A program made the translations under genes and the position numbers. 64,000 nucleotides of DNA. Source: an uncultured Actinomycetota bacterium. GTDB taxonomy: Bacteria; Actinomycetota; Acidimicrobiia; Spongiisociales; UBA4744. Numbering within the stretch: position 1 is the first letter of the stretch; the number at the start of each line of letters is the position of its first letter. Positions 19,832 to 29,458 of the stretch are shown here, piece after piece. The stretch lies in the NCBI GenBank assembly GCA_963723165.1, contig CAVRPP010000003.1, positions 413,717 through 477,716 on the forward strand, written 5' to 3'. The notes below the pieces were generated by a model that was not told where the DNA came from, did not search any database, and saw only the letters and a program-made list of their open reading frames with translations.

Positions 19832-21085
19832 GTGACCGATCGACTTCTCACCCGACCGTTCGTTTTTGCCTGGCTGGCCAACATGGCCCAGGGCATGGCC
19901 TTCACGATGTTCCTCCACTTCCCGGGGTTCTTGAAGGGTCTCGGCGCCGGGGAGGTGGAAATCGGCCTGATCGTCGGTTTGACCGCCGTTGCCTCCATCG
20001 CGGTCCGGCCTTCGGTCGGTCGGGCGATGGATCAGCGTGGCCGGCGACCGGTGATCCTGTTCGGAAACGTCGTCAACGTGGCCGTCCTGGCCCTCTACCT
20101 GACGGTCGGCGAGGTGGGGATCTGGCTCTACGCTGTGCGAATCACCCACGGGTTCGCCGAGGCGCTGCTCTTCACCGCCCTCTTCACGTACGGCGCCGAC
20201 CAGGTTCCTGCCACCCGCCGCACCGAAGGGATTGCCCTCTTCGGGATCTCGGGAATTCTGCCCATCGCCCTCGGGGGGGTATTGGGTGACATCATCCTGG
20301 CCCGCTGGGATTTCGACATCTTCTTTGTCGTCGTACTGGGTTTCGGGATCCTGTCGCTGCTCCTCTCGCTGCCACTTCCCGAATCGCACACGCCTGGAGG
20401 CAGTGGAGAGCAACCCCAACGTTTCCTTGCATCGGTACTGCAGAAGAACCTCCTGCCGCTGTGGTGGGTGACCCTGGTGTTCTCGCTGGCCCTCACGGCG
20501 TATTTCACGTTCCTCAAGACGTTCGTCATCGACACCGGCATCGGATCGGTCGGACTCTTCTTCTCCACCTATGCTGCCACCGCGATTGGGCTGCGCCTTT
20601 TCGCTGCCTGGCTACCCGACCGGGTGGGTCCAAAGCGGGTGCTCTACCCGGCATTGGGTTCGATGGTGCTGGGATTCGTGGTGTTGGCCTCTGCAACCGG
20701 TGCAGGAGCGGTTGCCGTCGCCGGCGTGCTGTGCGGCGCCGGGCACGGGTATGCGTTCCCGATCGTCATGGGCATGGTGGTGTCGCGGGCTGCGGAAGCA
20801 GACCGGGGTTCGGCCATGGCCATCTTCACGGGTCTGTTCGATGTCGGCGCCCTGTTGGGCGGCCCGGCGTTCGGCGCCATCATCCGTTTCGGCAGCTATT
20901 CATCGATGTTTCTGGCTGCGGGCGGTTGGATGCTGGTCGGTGGCATCATCTACGCCTACCTCGATCGATCCAACCCGGTCGCCCCGATCGGCGTGCGGCG
21001 CACACGCCTGGGAGGGACCTCCATGATCCCGGGCGAAAGCGCGGTTGTCGCTATCGATGTCGACCCACCCGGAGGCGACGACTAA
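19832..21085 (+). CDS. MFS transporter
   Basis: About 12 predicted TM helices. MDQRGRRPV motif in loop 2-3. Confidence 0.8.
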   Translation: MTDRLLTRPFVFAWLANMAQGMAFTMFLHFPGFLKGLGAGEVEIGLIVGLTAVASIAVRPSVGRAMDQRGRRPVILFGNVVNVAVLALYLTVGEVGIWLYAVRITHGFAEALLFTALFTYGADQVPATRRTEGIALFGISGILPIALGGVLGDIILARWDFDIFFVVVLGFGILSLLLSLPLPESHTPGGSGEQPQRFLASVLQKNLLPLWWVTLVFSLALTAYFTFLKTFVIDTGIGSVGLFFSTYAATAIGLRLFAAWLPDRVGPKRVLYPALGSMVLGFVVLASATGAGAVAVAGVLCGAGHGYAFPIVMGMVVSRAAEADRGSAMAIFTGLFDVGALLGGPAFGAIIRFGSYSSMFLAAGGWMLVGGIIYAYLDRSNPVAPIGVRRTRLGGTSMIPGESAVVAIDVDPPGGDD

Positions 21086-21302
21086 GGGGGCAACCAACCC
21101 ACCAGCCCACAGCCCTTGCCCCCTCCGACCGATTGCTCACCGCAATCGGCCACCTCCCCCACCTCCGGCCAGGGAGGACGTATTGAACCGGCGCCCCGCC
21201 CCTGCCGGGCCACAACGTGCTCCCCCGGCGCAGACGGGCGAGCTGTCCGAGCAAAGCGAGGACTGAGGGGCAAACAGCGCCTCGATATCCGTTTCCCTCC
21301 CC

Positions 21303-21316
21303 GGTACAAAGTACAA
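21303..21316. repeat. Heptamer tandem repeat (GTACAAA x2)
   Basis: GTACAAAGTACAAAGTG lies between the convergent MFS and DUF2207 genes. Confidence 0.5.
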
Positions 21317-21337
21317 AGTGCGCACGCCGAGGGCGTC

Positions 21338-23146
21338 CTACCAGGCGCCTCCGCCACCGCCGCCGCCTCCTCCTCCTCCGCCGCCGCTGAAGCCACCGCC
21401 GCCACCGGACGAACTGGGCGGGGCGAACGCGCCGGTCAGCGCCGACTGCAATCCGGCCAGGGCGTTGCTGGAATGTCCACCGGAGAACCCGTGGTTTCCG
21501 TACCAGTAGATGTTGCTCCTTTGGGCCAACTCTTCCGGGGCGTGGATACGAGCGGCTTCCAGGACGTCGTCGGCCACTCCGAGGGTGATGGCGTAGACCA
21601 GATACTCATCCCACAGGTCGAGGGCTATAGCCGGTGCCTCATGCAGTCGGCTGAAATCCTGCAGGTAACGTTTGAAAGCCTGCCACCGGACCGCCAGCAA
21701 GGCACCCTGGTCGGAGCGCTTCACCCAACCCGTCTGGCGGAACCCGAAGACGGCCACGATCGCTGCGTTGATGACGAAAGCGCCGACCAACCCGGGCACC
21801 AGGAAGGGCGCCCAACGCGATCCGGCCACAGCGTTCCAAAAGGGGAACAACACGGCAAACATGATGACAAGGCTCCCGATGGCCCAGGCCAGCGGCTTGC
21901 CACCACTCCGATCCAGCAAACCCAACCGGACCTGTTCCTTGCGAGCTTCGCTTTCGAATTTGTCGTACCTAGTGGCGTTGGCCGCGGCGTCGTCGCGAAT
22001 CGCCTGCCGGAACTCGGTAAGCGGAAGCGGTTCATCCGCCAGCACTCGTTCGAGAATCTCCATCACGGGTCGTTCGACGGCCCCGCCGGCAAGACCGACA
22101 TCGGCCAGCCCGATCTCGAGATCGGAAACGTCTTCGCGGCGGAGACCCATCCAGGTTTTCTTCTCGACGGTTACCGGCTGGGCGCGCAGCGCTCCCCGGC
22201 GGATCAGATCGAACATGGTCGCAACGAAGTCTTCGGTGCCGACCGGACCCTGCCGCAGGAGGCCTCCGATCACGGCGGGTGGATGATCCGATGGTGGCTC
22301 TTGCTCGTATTCCCGGTCATAGGCCACAACGGGCTCACGCCCATGACGGAAATAGATGAAAAGCACGGCCACGGTGGCAGGCAGGAAGGCCAATAAGGCG
22401 AGCGTCACCACCAAGAATGTCAGCAGGGTTCGATCCGTCGATGCCTGGCTGTCCTGCGCTTCTTCGTAGCCGAGGATCTCATCCAAGCCGTCCCCGGCTA
22501 TCACCGTCGCTCCGCCGGTTGATTCCAGGTCGGAGCGGGGGAACACAACCCGGAGCTCAACCCACTGGCCGGAGGGGATCCCTTCGGCGGTGAGACTGGG
22601 TGAGACCCCATCGTCGCCCAACGCCGTCGAGCCGTTCACCGAGCGCGGATGCCCCCAGACCAAAACGTCTCCGGAGACCTGGTCGCCGGGAAGATCCATG
22701 GTCGCGAAGAGGTGTCCCAGCGGTTGATCCCACTGATCGCCCCAGACCTTCAGGTTGACGTCGACCACGTCGTCGTAGGCGATTGCCAACCCGAGCAGCC
22801 GATAGCCGACCGTGAACGTGCGGGCCTCGTCGGAAGCCTGGTAATGCCACACCACCCTGACGAAGCCGCCCCGTTGCTCTACCCCGAAGGTCCCGGGATC
22901 GCCCGCGGATCCGAGTTCGGTCGGTGCCCCAGGCTGGTAGACGACACCCCCCTCGACCACCTGAACGTCGACGACCTGCTCTCCGGAACGGAGCGGGATG
23001 TCGCGCCAAGCCCCGGCAAACACCCCGTCGAAGTCATAGGTGATGTGCTCGGTAACCGAAACCGATCCGTCGGACTCAACGACAACCTCCACATCCGTGT
23101 TGGTCAGATTGAAGGACTTGGCCGCCGCCGGGGCAGCCCCGAGCAA
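21338..23146 (-). CDS. DUF2207-family membrane protein with a C-terminal poly-Gly tail
   Basis: Signal-peptide-like N-terminus. The true start is probably upstream of the TTG at 23146, reading ...RLRSLGFVAVLAALFSLLGAAPAAAK, and may overlap the lemA stop. Two TM helices flank a cytoplasmic segment. The C-terminus is GGGGGFSGGGGGGGGGGGGGAW. It is paired with LemA, as is usual. Confidence 0.7.
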   Translation of the reverse strand: MLGAAPAAAKSFNLTNTDVEVVVESDGSVSVTEHITYDFDGVFAGAWRDIPLRSGEQVVDVQVVEGGVVYQPGAPTELGSAGDPGTFGVEQRGGFVRVVWHYQASDEARTFTVGYRLLGLAIAYDDVVDVNLKVWGDQWDQPLGHLFATMDLPGDQVSGDVLVWGHPRSVNGSTALGDDGVSPSLTAEGIPSGQWVELRVVFPRSDLESTGGATVIAGDGLDEILGYEEAQDSQASTDRTLLTFLVVTLALLAFLPATVAVLFIYFRHGREPVVAYDREYEQEPPSDHPPAVIGGLLRQGPVGTEDFVATMFDLIRRGALRAQPVTVEKKTWMGLRREDVSDLEIGLADVGLAGGAVERPVMEILERVLADEPLPLTEFRQAIRDDAAANATRYDKFESEARKEQVRLGLLDRSGGKPLAWAIGSLVIMFAVLFPFWNAVAGSRWAPFLVPGLVGAFVINAAIVAVFGFRQTGWVKRSDQGALLAVRWQAFKRYLQDFSRLHEAPAIALDLWDEYLVYAITLGVADDVLEAARIHAPEELAQRSNIYWYGNHGFSGGHSSNALAGLQSALTGAFAPPSSSGGGGGFSGGGGGGGGGGGGGAW

Positions 23147-23205
23147 CGAGAACAGGGCCGCGAGAACCGCGACAAAACCGAGAGAGCGGAGCCTGCCGAT
23201 CCGTC

Positions 23206-23754
23206 TCAGAAACGTACCTCCGGCGCCTGCTCTGCCTCTTCGGGGGCGTCGAAGAACGGTTTCACCGAGAACCCGGTCAAAGCCGCAACCATGTTGGACG
23301 GCACCGTCTGCACCTTGTTGTTGAACGTCAGCACGGAATCGTTGTAGATCTGTCGTGACACGGCAATCTTGTTCTCGGTCTCGGACAGCTGCGCCTGCAG
23401 TTCAGAGAAGTTCTGGCTGGCTTTCAGATCCGGATACGCCTCGGCGAGCGCAAAGAGTTGCCGCAACGCTCCCGTGAGGAAGTTCTCGGCTTGCGCCTGC
23501 TCCTCAACGGTCCCTGCGGATAGTGCCCGATTTCTCGCTTCGACGACCTGCTCGAACGTCGACTTCTCATGCGACGCATAACCCTTGACCGTTTCGACCA
23601 GATTAGGGATCAGGTCGTAGCGCCGTTTCAGCTGAACATCGACCTGCGCCCAGGCGTTGTCCACCCGGTTCCGTAGTTTGACCAGGCTGTTGTAGATGCC
23701 GACGATCGCCAGCACCAGGACGACGACCACGACACCGGCAATCACATAACCCAC
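23206..23754 (-). CDS. LemA family protein
   Basis: N-terminal TM helix, then [54 protein letters not shown], which is a LemA signature. Confidence 0.85.
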   Translation of the reverse strand: MGYVIAGVVVVVLVLAIVGIYNSLVKLRNRVDNAWAQVDVQLKRRYDLIPNLVETVKGYASHEKSTFEQVVEARNRALSAGTVEEQAQAENFLTGALRQLFALAEAYPDLKASQNFSELQAQLSETENKIAVSRQIYNDSVLTFNNKVQTVPSNMVAALTGFSVKPFFDAPEEAEQAPEVRF

Positions 23755-23812
23755 ACATCCCCCTCGGTTCGACTCGTGCCGAGTCTAGGGATCGCGGCGA
23801 TCGGGGAACAGG

Positions 23813-25096
23813 TTGGGAACCCTACAATTTGCGGTCGTGCAAACCTTGTCCAAGCTCCGCACCTTCACCGGCGATTCCCGCCGATTCCTTGCGTCTGCGT
23901 TCCTGTGGGGCTTTGCCTTTTCGGTCACGTGGCTGTACCTCAACTTCCTGTTTGAGAACCTCGGCTTTTCCGATTCACTGGTTGGCGCCGCCAACGCTAT
24001 CCCCAACATGGTCGCCATAATCCTTGCCCTGCCGGTCGCCCGGCTGGCCGGGCGACTCGGGTTCATTCGCTCACTCCGGATCGCGGCGGTGGTGGCCGGG
24101 ACCGGACTGGTGGTGCTCGGGTTCGTCGAACAGACCGCGTTGGTGATCCTGGCCGTGGTGCTGGTGGGCGTGGGTGGGATGGCGTTCTGGGTGGTCCCTT
24201 CCCCGTTGATGACCGCCCTGGAACCTGCCGCCAACCGAACCTATTTGTTTTCGGCCCAGTTCGCCGCCCACCTGGTCGCCGGTTTCCTCGGAAGTCTGAT
24301 CGGCGGTCAGATGCCTGCAATCTTCGCCCGCCTGGCCGACATCGACCCGAAGAGCCTCCAGGCGATCCAATGGACCGTCGTTCTGTCGGGACTGCTTTAC
24401 ATGCTGGCGGCAGTCCCGCTACGGAGCGTCACCGAGGTCAGACCGGACGAGCCCGGTCACGGAGCGCTCTGGCACATCCCTCGCGCCGCCCGCCCCATCT
24501 TCTTGAAACTGCTGGCGCCCAACGCTCTGATCGGCCTCGGAGCGGGACTGATCATCCCCTTCCTGAACATCTTCGTGGAAGGCAAATTCGGGGTGGACTT
24601 CTCCACTCTCGGAGCCGTTTTCGCCTGGTCACAATTGGGCATGGCGCTGGCGGTGATGACCCAGCCGCTCATCGCTGCCCGGCTCGGCAAAGTCGCCAGC
24701 ATCGTGCTGGTCCAAGCGCTGTCACTTCCGTTCATCGCCATGCTCGGCTTCTCGAGCAGTTTCGCCGCCGTGGCCATTGCCCTGTTCGTCAGGTCGGCGC
24801 TGATGAACGCAGCCAATCCGATCTACGCCGCATTCACGATGGAGCAGGTCAAGGAAGGATGGCGTCCCTCGCTGGCCGCCGCCGAGAACATGGTGTGGGC
24901 CGCCGGGTGGGTCGTAGGACCGATCGCCTCCGGCCTGGTGCGGGAGAGGTTCGGCTTCGACACCGGGTTTCTCGTCCTTTTCGCGGCCATGCTTGGGCTC
25001 TACGCCGCCGGAATCACCTACTCGTGGCTGGTGCTGCGGCCCCTCGAAAAGGCTTCTGAAGAACGACTTGACTCAACCGATCCGCAGGGCCTCTAG
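23813..25096 (+). CDS. MFS transporter
   Basis: 12 TM helices. ARLAGRLGFIRSL loop motif. Confidence 0.75.
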   Translation: MGTLQFAVVQTLSKLRTFTGDSRRFLASAFLWGFAFSVTWLYLNFLFENLGFSDSLVGAANAIPNMVAIILALPVARLAGRLGFIRSLRIAAVVAGTGLVVLGFVEQTALVILAVVLVGVGGMAFWVVPSPLMTALEPAANRTYLFSAQFAAHLVAGFLGSLIGGQMPAIFARLADIDPKSLQAIQWTVVLSGLLYMLAAVPLRSVTEVRPDEPGHGALWHIPRAARPIFLKLLAPNALIGLGAGLIIPFLNIFVEGKFGVDFSTLGAVFAWSQLGMALAVMTQPLIAARLGKVASIVLVQALSLPFIAMLGFSSSFAAVAIALFVRSALMNAANPIYAAFTMEQVKEGWRPSLAAAENMVWAAGWVVGPIASGLVRERFGFDTGFLVLFAAMLGLYAAGITYSWLVLRPLEKASEERLDSTDPQGL

Positions 25097-25701
25097 CCGA
25101 AGCGTCCGGCGGCGGCCTGCCAGATCAACACTCCCCCAAGCAACACCAGCAACGCTCCGCTACCGGCGAGGATCCGCCGGTACCAGACCAGGCTCAGAAC
25201 ACCCCGGCCGTAGGCCACCCCCCACGCCAGGAAGAGCTTGCTCCCGACCAGCAGACCGTAGAAACCCAGCAGGAAAGCGGCGGCCGGGCCGGATCCTTTG
25301 TCCCAGGCGGACACGAGAAGCGGCCCACCGACGCCCAACCAGAACAGCCAGGGGTGCGGACTGAGGATGTTGGTGATGAATCCGCGCCGGAGATCCCGAC
25401 TCCCGACCTGCCGGCTTTCGAATGAGGCGCGGGGAGCCTTCCGATAGGTATCGACTCCCAGCACTCCCACGAACAATCCTCCGGCGACCGCCACGTAGGG
25501 CAGAACCCCGGTGGGAAAGACACCGACTGCGAGCACGCTGAGCGCCACCACCGGCAGGTCGGACAACAGTGGGGCGATAGCCACCCGCACGCCTGCGGCC
25601 ACTCCCCGTTGCAGGGCGGTGGTCACCACGAGGGCGCTGAGCGGTCCGGGGCTGATACCGGCAGCGAAGCCGAGCGATATGCCGAGCAGCAGCTCAGACA
25701 C
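25093..25701 (-). CDS. LysE family translocator (amino-acid exporter)
   Basis: MSELLLGISLGFAAGISPGPLSALVVTTALQRGVAAG is a LysE/RhtB N-terminal motif. 6 TM helices. Confidence 0.7.
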   Translation of the reverse strand: MSELLLGISLGFAAGISPGPLSALVVTTALQRGVAAGVRVAIAPLLSDLPVVALSVLAVGVFPTGVLPYVAVAGGLFVGVLGVDTYRKAPRASFESRQVGSRDLRRGFITNILSPHPWLFWLGVGGPLLVSAWDKGSGPAAAFLLGFYGLLVGSKLFLAWGVAYGRGVLSLVWYRRILAGSGALLVLLGGVLIWQAAAGRFG

Positions 25702-25742
25702 GGGCGCAGCCGGCTACCGGCGAGCTTCGAGCCTTCGCCGGA

Positions 25743-26618
25743 TCATCCCAATGCATCTGCCATGGCACGGCCGATCTGGGTGGGGTCGTCGAGTACCACC
25801 GCCCCGGCTATCCGCAGGGCCTCCATCTTGGCCTGGGCAGTTCCCTTCGATCCGGAGATTATGGCGCCGGCATGGCCCATCTTCTTCCCGGCGGGTGCGG
25901 TGACCCCGGCCACATAGGCAACAACAGGTTTGGTGACATGCTCGTCGATGTAGGCCGCAGCTTGTTCTTCTGCGTCTCCACCGATCTCTCCGATCATCAC
26001 GATGCCCTCGGTGTCCGGATCGGCCTGGAAGCGAGACAGCACATCGATGAAGTTCGTGCCGGGAACCGGATCGCCGCCGATGCCGATACACGTGGTCTGC
26101 CCTATGCCCAACATGGTCAGTTCGTGCACTGCCTGGTAGGTGAGAGTGCCCGAGCGCGACACAACTCCAACGTTGCCGGGAAGGGTGATCTCATCGGGCA
26201 TGATGCCCACGTTCGACTTACCGGGCGAGATCAAGCCAGGGCAATTGGGGCCGATCAGCACCGTGCCGGGACTCGTTTGCCTGACGTAGTTGTATACGCG
26301 GGCTTCGTCCTGCGCCGGGATCCCCTCGGTGATGCAGACGATCACGGCGCACCCGGCGGCGGCTGCCTCCATGATGGCGTCGGAAGCGAAGGGCGGAGGC
26401 ACAAAGATCAACGATGTGTTCGCTCCGGTCCCCTCGACGGCCTGAGCCACGGTGTCGAAAATCGGGATACCGGCTACTTCCTCGCCCCCTTTCCCGGGCC
26501 GGGTGCCGGCCACAACGTTGGTGCCGTAGGCCCGATTCCGGAGAGCATGGAACTGGCCCTCCTTGCCGGTCAAGCCTTGCACGACGACCTTTGTTGATGT
26601 GTCGATGAGAATCGCCAT
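25743..26618 (-). CDS. sucD: Succinyl-CoA synthetase alpha subunit
   Basis: [24 protein letters not shown]...SRSGTLTYQ...[12 protein letters not shown]...[11 protein letters not shown] at 26618. The longer upstream ORF extension is spurious. Confidence 0.9.
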   Translation of the reverse strand: MAILIDTSTKVVVQGLTGKEGQFHALRNRAYGTNVVAGTRPGKGGEEVAGIPIFDTVAQAVEGTGANTSLIFVPPPFASDAIMEAAAAGCAVIVCITEGIPAQDEARVYNYVRQTSPGTVLIGPNCPGLISPGKSNVGIMPDEITLPGNVGVVSRSGTLTYQAVHELTMLGIGQTTCIGIGGDPVPGTNFIDVLSRFQADPDTEGIVMIGEIGGDAEEQAAAYIDEHVTKPVVAYVAGVTAPAGKKMGHAGAIISGSKGTAQAKMEALRIAGAVVLDDPTQIGRAMADALG

Positions 26619-26619
26619 G

Positions 26620-27771
26620 TCAGACCCCCTCCCCTTTCGCCAGTGCAACGGCCTTCTCCGCCGCTTCTCGCATGGTGGCGGCCGGAATGAGCTGCTCCGA
26701 TTCAACCCTGGTGAGGATCTCCCGGCCTTCGGTGGCGTTGGTGCCGTCCAGCCTAACGACGATAGGCCAGGGCAGCTCCAGATGCTCAAACGCTTCGAGG
26801 ATGCCCTGGGCGACCAGGTCGCACCGGGTGATGCCGCCGAAGATATTGATAAGCACACTCTTGACGGATGGGTCCTGCATGAGGATTTCAAGCGCAGAGG
26901 TGATCGTGTCGGCGCCGGCACCGCCACCCACATCGAGGAAATTGGACGCCTTGCCCCCAACGAGCGAAACCACATCGAGCGTCGACATGACCAACCCGGC
27001 ACCATTGCCGATGATGCCAACGTCACCGTCGAGTTTGATGAAGTTCAGATCTCGTTCCTTGGCCATCTTCTCAACCGGCGGGACGACATGTTCGTCGGCA
27101 AGCGCCGGGAAATCGGGATGGCGGAAAAACCCGTTCTCGTCGAGAGCGACCTTGGCGTCGAGGGCAACAACGCTGCCTTCTTCGGTGAGGATGAGCGGAT
27201 TGACCTCAACCAGGTCGCAGTCGAACTCGACGAACGCCTGATAGAGCTTCTTCAGGAGGGCAACGGCCCCGCGGGCAGCCTCGGCGTCGAGCTTGGCTCG
27301 ATAGACCATCTCCGTCGCTTGCCAGTTGGTGAGCCCCATGACCGGATCGATATAGACCTTGACGACGGCTTCCGGCTGGGTGGCCGCCACCTCTTCGATG
27401 TCCACGCCACCTTTGGCGCTGATCATGCCCAGGTGTTTCTTGGCCGAACGATCCAGGGTGAAGGAGGCGTAATACTCGGCTTTGATGTTTGAGGCGCTCT
27501 CCACCCACACCTTGTGAACGGTGTGGCCTTTGATGTCCATTCCGAGGATGGCCAGAGCATGTTCATGGGCTTCGTGCGGGTTCTCAGCGAGTTTGATGCC
27601 TCCCGCCTTGCCGCGCCCACCCACCTGCACCTGGGCTTTCACCACAACCCGCCCACCGATTTCCTCGGCCGCTCGCTGGGCTTCGGTCGGTGAGGTGGCC
27701 ACACGCCCGTCCGGCACCGGCACCCCGATGCGGGCGAACAACGATTTCCCCTGATACTCCAGTAGATCCAC
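26620..27771 (-). CDS. sucC: Succinyl-CoA synthetase beta subunit
   Basis: [20 protein letters not shown]...[18 protein letters not shown]...[12 protein letters not shown]...GGITRCD. Confidence 0.9.
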   Translation of the reverse strand: MDLLEYQGKSLFARIGVPVPDGRVATSPTEAQRAAEEIGGRVVVKAQVQVGGRGKAGGIKLAENPHEAHEHALAILGMDIKGHTVHKVWVESASNIKAEYYASFTLDRSAKKHLGMISAKGGVDIEEVAATQPEAVVKVYIDPVMGLTNWQATEMVYRAKLDAEAARGAVALLKKLYQAFVEFDCDLVEVNPLILTEEGSVVALDAKVALDENGFFRHPDFPALADEHVVPPVEKMAKERDLNFIKLDGDVGIIGNGAGLVMSTLDVVSLVGGKASNFLDVGGGAGADTITSALEILMQDPSVKSVLINIFGGITRCDLVAQGILEAFEHLELPWPIVVRLDGTNATEGREILTRVESEQLIPAATMREAAEKAVALAKGEGV

Positions 27772-27780
27772 GATCTCTCC

Positions 27781-28179
27781 TCAGCGTTTTGGAATGTGGG
27801 CTTCCACCCAATCGGTGATTTCGCTCAAAGGTGTCCCGGGGGTGAAGATCCCGACCAGACCCGCCTCGAGCAGCGCCGCCGAATCCTGCTGGGAGATGAT
27901 CCCCCCTCCGAACACGACAATGTCGGCCGCGTCCCGCTCCTTTAGAAGCTCGACGACTTTCGGAAACAGCGTCATGTGAGCACCGGAAAGCACCGAGAGA
28001 CCGATACCGTTGACATCTTCCTGGATGGCCGTCTCGACGATCTGCTCGGGCGTTTGATGCAACCCTGAGTAGATCACCTCATTGCCTGCATCGCGAAGCG
28101 CCCGGGCGATGACTTTGGCGCCCCGGTCGTGTCCGTCCAGTCCCGGCTTGGCAATGAGGATCCTGCGCGGCATAGCCAC
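27781..28179 (-). CDS. Stand-alone cobalamin (B12)-binding domain protein; methylmalonyl/isobutyryl-CoA mutase small-subunit-like
   Basis: ILIAKPGLDGHDRGAKVIARALRDAGNEVIYSGLHQTPEQIVETAIQEDVNGIGLSVLSGAH has the DxHxxG B12-binding motif and is closely similar to IcmB/MCM C-terminal domains. Confidence 0.8.
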   Translation of the reverse strand: MAMPRRILIAKPGLDGHDRGAKVIARALRDAGNEVIYSGLHQTPEQIVETAIQEDVNGIGLSVLSGAHMTLFPKVVELLKERDAADIVVFGGGIISQQDSAALLEAGLVGIFTPGTPLSEITDWVEAHIPKR

Positions 28180-28327
28180 CGGAGGTTACCGCAATCCCGA
28201 TGCGCGAGATCCCCGAAGACGGTTTTGGCGTCCAGAAGATGGATTATTCGCCCTTATCGGACGCCAAAACGGAAGAATTGGGGGCCGCTACGGTTGTAAA
28301 TACCAGATTCAACGCAAGGGAGACCGC

Positions 28328-29437
28328 ATGTCCAATATCCACGGGGTGGCAGCTCAGGGTCAGAGCATCTGGATGGACGAAATCTCGAGACAACTACTCG
28401 AACCGGAGGGTCTGGCCGCAATGGTCGACGGTTCCGCCGTCACCGGGGTGACCTCAAATCCAACCATCTTTGCCAATTCCATCGTACGGTCGGCCGACTA
28501 CGACGCGGCTCTGCAGGAACTGGTCGACCGTGACGCAGACACCATCGAGATCTACACCGCGCTGGTGACCAGGGACATTCGTGACGCGTGCGACGCACTC
28601 AAGCCGGTGTGGCAAGACAAGGGCGGTGCCGATGGGTTTGTCTCCGTTGAGGTCTCCCCTCTGCTGGCCAACGAGACCGAGGAGACGATCCAGGAAGCCC
28701 GCGACTGGTGGAAACGGGTCGACCGGCCCAACCTGCTGATCAAGGTGCCGGCCACCCCGGCCGGAATCCCGGCCGTCAGACGGCTGATCGGTGAAGGCAT
28801 CTCGGTCAACGTCACCCTGATCTTCTCGCTGGAGCGGTACCAGGAAGTGATGGACGCCTACCTGGACGGCCTGGAGACCTACGCCCGCACCGGCGGCGAT
28901 CTCTCCCGGATCAACTCGGTCGCCTCTTTCTTCGTGTCGCGGGTCGACTCCGAAGTGGACCAAAGGCTCAAGAGCATTGGAACGACAGCAGCCATGGCTC
29001 TTCGGGGCAAAGCTGCAATCGCCAACGCCCGGGCGGCGTACGGTCTCTTTCTCGAGACCTTCTCCGGCGAGCGCTGGGAAGCCCTTTTGGGGCAAGGCGC
29101 TCGGATCCAACGCCCGTTGTGGGCATCGACCAGCACGAAGGACCCCGCCTATCCGGACACCATGTATGTCGATCAATTAGTGGTCGCCGACACCGTCAAC
29201 ACGGTCCCGGTCAAGACGATCGAGGCCTACCAGGATCATGGCAACCCGGAGCCACCAGTGTTCGGGGGGCCGGAGATCGCTGAGGCACGTGCAACCCTTG
29301 CGCAGCTGGCAGCTGTGGGGATCGACTACGAAGACCTAGTGCAAGTGCTCGAGGATGAGGGAGTCGAGAAGTTTGCAGTCTCTTACCGGGAACTGCTCGA
29401 ATCGATCGATCAGAAACGCCTGGCTATCAAGGGATAG
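28328..29437 (+). CDS. tal: Transaldolase
   Basis: MSNIHGVAAQGQSIWMDEISR...GVTSNPTIF...LLIKVPAT...VNVTLIFS. The ORF extension 28082-28327 is spurious. Confidence 0.85.
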   Translation: MSNIHGVAAQGQSIWMDEISRQLLEPEGLAAMVDGSAVTGVTSNPTIFANSIVRSADYDAALQELVDRDADTIEIYTALVTRDIRDACDALKPVWQDKGGADGFVSVEVSPLLANETEETIQEARDWWKRVDRPNLLIKVPATPAGIPAVRRLIGEGISVNVTLIFSLERYQEVMDAYLDGLETYARTGGDLSRINSVASFFVSRVDSEVDQRLKSIGTTAAMALRGKAAIANARAAYGLFLETFSGERWEALLGQGARIQRPLWASTSTKDPAYPDTMYVDQLVVADTVNTVPVKTIEAYQDHGNPEPPVFGGPEIAEARATLAQLAAVGIDYEDLVQVLEDEGVEKFAVSYRELLESIDQKRLAIKG

Positions 29438-29458
29438 CTCTCACCAGGCTCGGCCGGA

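Noticed and set aside
19745-20419. N-terminal 225 aa of the 320-aa minus-strand ORF 19457-20419
   Set aside because: It is antisense to a convincing MFS transporter gene. Only the C-terminal 95 aa, from the ATG at 19744, form a NIPSNAP-like protein with a sensible intergenic location.
21116-22396. 426-aa plus-strand ORF antisense to the DUF2207 gene, and the poly-Pro ORF 21318-21509
   Set aside because: Both are mirror images of the minus-strand gene; the poly-Pro stretch is the complement of the poly-Gly tail. No RBS and no motifs.
26619-27026. N-terminal extension of the ORF containing sucD (25743-27026)
   Set aside because: SucD homology starts at MAILID (ATG 26618). The extension is in a different frame inside sucC.
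28082-28327. N-terminal extension of the transaldolase ORF
   Set aside because: Homology begins at MSNIHGV (28328). The extension overlaps the B12-binding gene on the other strand.
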